Shown: piece after piece, positions 47,194-50,316 of the stretch
How positions within the stretch are numbered: position 1 is the first letter of the stretch
Layout of the letters: each line of letters begins with the position of its first letter
Assembly (NCBI GenBank): GCA_965602045.1
Contig: CBFCXR010000001.1
Coordinates: forward strand, 1-50,316
Length of the DNA stretch: 50,316 nt
Source of the DNA: an uncultured Bacteroidales bacterium
Lineage (GTDB): Bacteria > Bacteroidota > Bacteroidia > Bacteroidales > UBA10428
Direction of reading: 5' to 3'
The notes under the pieces: model-generated
Told to the model about the DNA's origin: nothing
The model's input: the letters and a program-made list of their open reading frames with translations, nothing else
The model's database searches: none
Program-made: the position numbers and the translations under genes

Positions 47194-47887
47194 TGAAATA
47201 GCATGTAGAAAGTCAACATTTAGACTCATTGCATTATTTCTGGCTGTAATATCAAATATCAATTTATTTTTTGCACAGGATAAGGACTTTGAACTATGGA
47301 CCGGTGTTGCGTTAGAAGCAAATCTTTTTAAAAATATATCATTTGATCTTGAAGAAGAGATAAGATTCCGAAATAATGCAAGCGAATTTGCAGTTTATTT
47401 CACAGATGCCGGTATTTCAATTGATTTGTTGAAGAGATTCACATTCTCAGGAAACTATAGATTTATCCGGAATAAAGAACTAACTGATAATTATAGCAAT
47501 ATTCACAGATATTATTTTGACTTGAGCTACAGTAAGAATGTAAGCAGATTTCAGTTTATGTTCAGAACGAGATACCAGATAAGATATGAGAATGTGTATT
47601 CCAGTGAATCAGGATATTTACCGGAAAAATACAGTAGAAATAAGTTCGGATTGACTTATAATATATATCGCAGTCCATTGAAGGTAAGATTATGGGGTGA
47701 GTTTTTCTATCAACTTAATAATCCGGAGGGTAATAAGATTGATAAAATCCGTTATGCCCCTGAACTGAGATATGTCATTAATAAATCAAACGAATTGAAA
47801 ATATTTTACATAATAGAGAAAGAATACTATATTGAGAACCCTTCGATTATTTATATTTTAGGGATAAGTTATGGTTATAAGATATAG
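47183..47887 (+). CDS. Signal-peptide, beta-strand-rich protein (DUF2490-like, putative outer-membrane barrel)
   Basis: The start at ATG 47183 gives a signal peptide (FRLIALFLAVISNINLFFAQD). Repeated amphipathic Y/F/R-rich strands, ending GISYGYKI. Overlaps the DUF4956 gene end by 11 nt. Confidence 0.5.
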   Translation: MGINEIACRKSTFRLIALFLAVISNINLFFAQDKDFELWTGVALEANLFKNISFDLEEEIRFRNNASEFAVYFTDAGISIDLLKRFTFSGNYRFIRNKELTDNYSNIHRYYFDLSYSKNVSRFQFMFRTRYQIRYENVYSSESGYLPEKYSRNKFGLTYNIYRSPLKVRLWGEFFYQLNNPEGNKIDKIRYAPELRYVINKSNELKIFYIIEKEYYIENPSIIYILGISYGYKI

Positions 47888-47931
47888 CATTCAGTTTGAA
47901 TACTTTATACCTGAAGGTACACCGGAAAGTT

Positions 47932-48903
47932 TTATTCTTCGCATCGCTCAATGTATAAATCCAATACATCATATCCATATTTTTCAATATAGCCAAGTTG
48001 AAGAGACTTAAAAAAATCATTACATGCTTTTTCTTCCTGGTTCAATTCTAAATACACTAAAGCACGTATTTTATATGCAACCGGATTATCTTGATTAATA
48101 TTTAATGATTTACTTATATTTGATAATGCAAGATTATAGTCTTTTTCCTTATAATTGGCATGGCCCAAATGACAATATAATTCTGCATCTTTTGGTGTAA
48201 ATTTTAAGCCCTTATTTAAGAATTCAATTGCCTCTTTATTCTTGTCCATCTTAATTAGAATCAGACCTAACATTTTATAGGCGCGGAAATTTGATGCTTC
48301 TATTCGAATAATTTTTTTAAATGTGCGGATTGCTTCATCATCCTTATTAAGTTTCATTTGGATATCAGAAATAGAGTATAGGGTATTTACATCTAATGAA
48401 TCATACTGTAAAACAGTTAAAAAATCATTATAGGCTTCAGAATAATTTTCTAACGCATGCTTCGCTTCTCCTCTTTTTTTAAGGCATTGCAGTATTATAT
48501 CCTCATCATCAGTATTGTTAATAGCTTTGTTGCAAAATAGTATAGCACAACCATAACTTTTTGTGACAAGGCAAACCTTACCTCTTAATAAATATGCTTT
48601 TGGTGAGGTTTTATCAATCTCCAGTGCTTTATAACACATTTTTATTGTTTCGTTATATTGCTTACTGCAATAAAATAACTCACCAAGTTCAAGGTAGTAC
48701 TTTTGATTATCAGGCTCTAATCTTACTAACTTCCATAATATATCAAATGCGCCACTATAGTTCTTATGCCGGGCAAGTTTTTGAGCTTCCAAAAATAGTG
48801 ATTCACTATTCTGGCATTCCGAATTACTATAATTTAGCAATAATAATAATGTTAGAATTAGAGTTAAATTATATTTAAAAATGCGTAAATGCCTTGTAAT
48901 CAT
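47932..48903 (-). CDS. Tetratricopeptide-repeat protein with signal peptide
   Basis: 323 aa with multiple 34-aa TPR units (AYLLRGKVCL, AYKMLGLILIKMDKNKEAIEFLNKGLKFTPKDAE, AYKIRALVYLEL). Confidence 0.8.
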   Translation of the reverse strand: MITRHLRIFKYNLTLILTLLLLLNYSNSECQNSESLFLEAQKLARHKNYSGAFDILWKLVRLEPDNQKYYLELGELFYCSKQYNETIKMCYKALEIDKTSPKAYLLRGKVCLVTKSYGCAILFCNKAINNTDDEDIILQCLKKRGEAKHALENYSEAYNDFLTVLQYDSLDVNTLYSISDIQMKLNKDDEAIRTFKKIIRIEASNFRAYKMLGLILIKMDKNKEAIEFLNKGLKFTPKDAELYCHLGHANYKEKDYNLALSNISKSLNINQDNPVAYKIRALVYLELNQEEKACNDFFKSLQLGYIEKYGYDVLDLYIERCEE

Positions 48904-49063
48904 AAATTTAAAAATTTAAAAATTCAAAAATATATTTTATTTTTTATAATAGGAAATTATATCAAATTTTATTATGTGATAAATTATCTGATTTAAAGAT
49001 AATTATGTAGCATAATTATTCTCGAAAGCCTATATTTATGAGGATTTGCCAGATAGTAGATAA

Positions 49064-50185
49064 TTAAAGGCACTTACAAATACTGTCCCAAAATTTATCG
49101 GCAGTTTTATCCCACGTAAATTTTTTTCTTTGGATTCTGGCTTTATCAATTAAAGATTTCCGAATATTAACATCACAAAATATATTCAACATTGCATCTT
49201 TAATTGAATCAATTGAAGAAGGTTCAACATATAAAGCCGCATTTCCTCCAACCTCAGGCATTGATGATACTTTGGATGTTATAATTGGTATATCACAATA
49301 CATTGCTTCGAGCAGGGGTATTCCAAAACCTTCGAAATAAGATGCATATACTAGTGAAATGGCTGATGCCGTAATGATTTTTAAATCTTCGGAACTGACT
49401 CTCCCCGTAAAATAAATTTCATTTTTAAATTTTGCATTTTCATAAGCAGTCTGTATATCCGAAGTCCACCATTTTTTTGAGCCAACAACTAATAATTTCA
49501 CATTGCTATAAACTGATTGCTTAAATCCATCAAATGCCTTTATCAGGTTTGCCAGATTTTTACGTGGATGAATTAGTCCGATAAACAGGAAATATGGGCA
49601 TCCGCTGGAAAATTTTAACCTTACCTTATTTTGGTCTTCTTTATTTAGCGGTTTAAGTTCTTCACTTGCTCCGTTATATACTATATCTATTTTTTCTTTA
49701 TCAATATCAAATCTTGAAATGATGTCTTGCCGGGTATAATTTGAAACTGTAGCTATACGAGCAGCTTTTTTAATAAACCGGGGAAAAAAATAACGATAAT
49801 AATTTCTGGCAAACCATGGAAGAAACTCAGGATAATGAAAAAAATTCAGGTCATGAATAACAGGTAAAGATTTAACTTTGGTCCTCAAAGATAGCCAACC
49901 ATCGGGTGAAATGAACAGATCGGGCTTATACTTTTTAAGCATATATGGGATTCCCCAATCGAAAAACAAATACCATAAAATTGGATGCCGGGCTTGCGGC
50001 TGAACAATTACGGGAGTTATATTATCTGCAAAAATGAACTCCTCGGAATACTTCCTGTCGAATATGAATATAAAGTTATGTTCAGGATGATTCTTAGTTA
50101 TCCTTTTTAATGTTTCATAAGTAAACCATCCTATACCTTCAAGTTTATCTTTAATAAGTAATCTGGTGTTAACGGCTATTTTCAT
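49064..50185 (-). CDS. Glycosyltransferase family 4 (GT-B, group 1)
   Basis: 373 aa; C-terminal EGFGIPLLEAMYCDIPIITS (E-x7-E) motif. Confidence 0.88.
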   Translation of the reverse strand: MKIAVNTRLLIKDKLEGIGWFTYETLKRITKNHPEHNFIFIFDRKYSEEFIFADNITPVIVQPQARHPILWYLFFDWGIPYMLKKYKPDLFISPDGWLSLRTKVKSLPVIHDLNFFHYPEFLPWFARNYYRYFFPRFIKKAARIATVSNYTRQDIISRFDIDKEKIDIVYNGASEELKPLNKEDQNKVRLKFSSGCPYFLFIGLIHPRKNLANLIKAFDGFKQSVYSNVKLLVVGSKKWWTSDIQTAYENAKFKNEIYFTGRVSSEDLKIITASAISLVYASYFEGFGIPLLEAMYCDIPIITSKVSSMPEVGGNAALYVEPSSIDSIKDAMLNIFCDVNIRKSLIDKARIQRKKFTWDKTADKFWDSICKCL

Positions 50186-50316
50186 ATTACAGACAGTAAA
50201 AATTATTCAGTTTTTATTGATAATAAAATTATTGTACCATATACTAAGTGGTTATCAGGCCCATTGAAAATTATAAATCATAAAAATACTATAAATAAAA
50301 TATTATTTCTAAAAAT

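Noticed and set aside
48904-48935. Phased A-tracts (aaatttaaaaatttaaaaattcaaaaat) upstream of the TPR gene as a curved-DNA regulatory element
   Set aside because: The stretch is short, directly abuts the start codon, and is indistinguishable from ordinary A/T-rich leader sequence.

Overview
AT-rich (about one-third G+C by eye) chromosomal segment that looks like Bacteroidota. The taxonomic call is an inference from a 7-gene V-type ATPase operon containing a DUF2764 gene, TAnnTTTG -7 boxes, many Cys-lipobox lipoproteins, DPP-IV and tandem LepB genes. I call 45 protein genes and 2 tRNA-Leu genes; no transposase, integrase, phage, CRISPR or recognisable defence gene is visible. Housekeeping content: DUF456 plus ntpK-I-D-B-A, DUF2764 and ntpE (399-8486, minus strand); two phosphate carriers (NptA-type at 9060, PiT-type at 14238); three FKBP genes; an NrnA-like DHH phosphoesterase; two tandem lepB; dapB; the conserved thrS-infC-rpmI-rplT operon; DPP-IV; a hybrid sensor kinase; aat; nhaA; cysH; mnmA; a GT4 glycosyltransferase. 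Candidates worth a second look: (1) an overlapping three-gene operon (45733-47887) of a stand-alone VTC-type polyphosphate-polymerase domain, a DUF4956 membrane protein and a signal-peptide beta-rich protein, possibly a split bacterial analogue of the eukaryotic VTC polyP synthase/translocase. (2) An AmgK-like sugar kinase fused to a RapZ C-terminal domain, followed by a MurU-like uridylyltransferase and preceded by a eukaryote-like aromatic amino-acid decarboxylase. (3) Strictly 7-nt-phased degenerate tandem repeat tracts in at least four intergenic regions, two of which, together with a 10-bp inverted repeat, bracket the V-ATPase block. Smaller points: NhaA has Gly-Asp where E. coli has the essential Asp-Asp; infC has a non-AUG start behind a perfect AGGAGG; the K-ring carries a Na+-type signature; an ankyrin protein is fused to a putative beta-barrel; an orphan QmoC-like protein sits next to an Isf-like flavoprotein. 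All family assignments come from reading motifs, not from searches.
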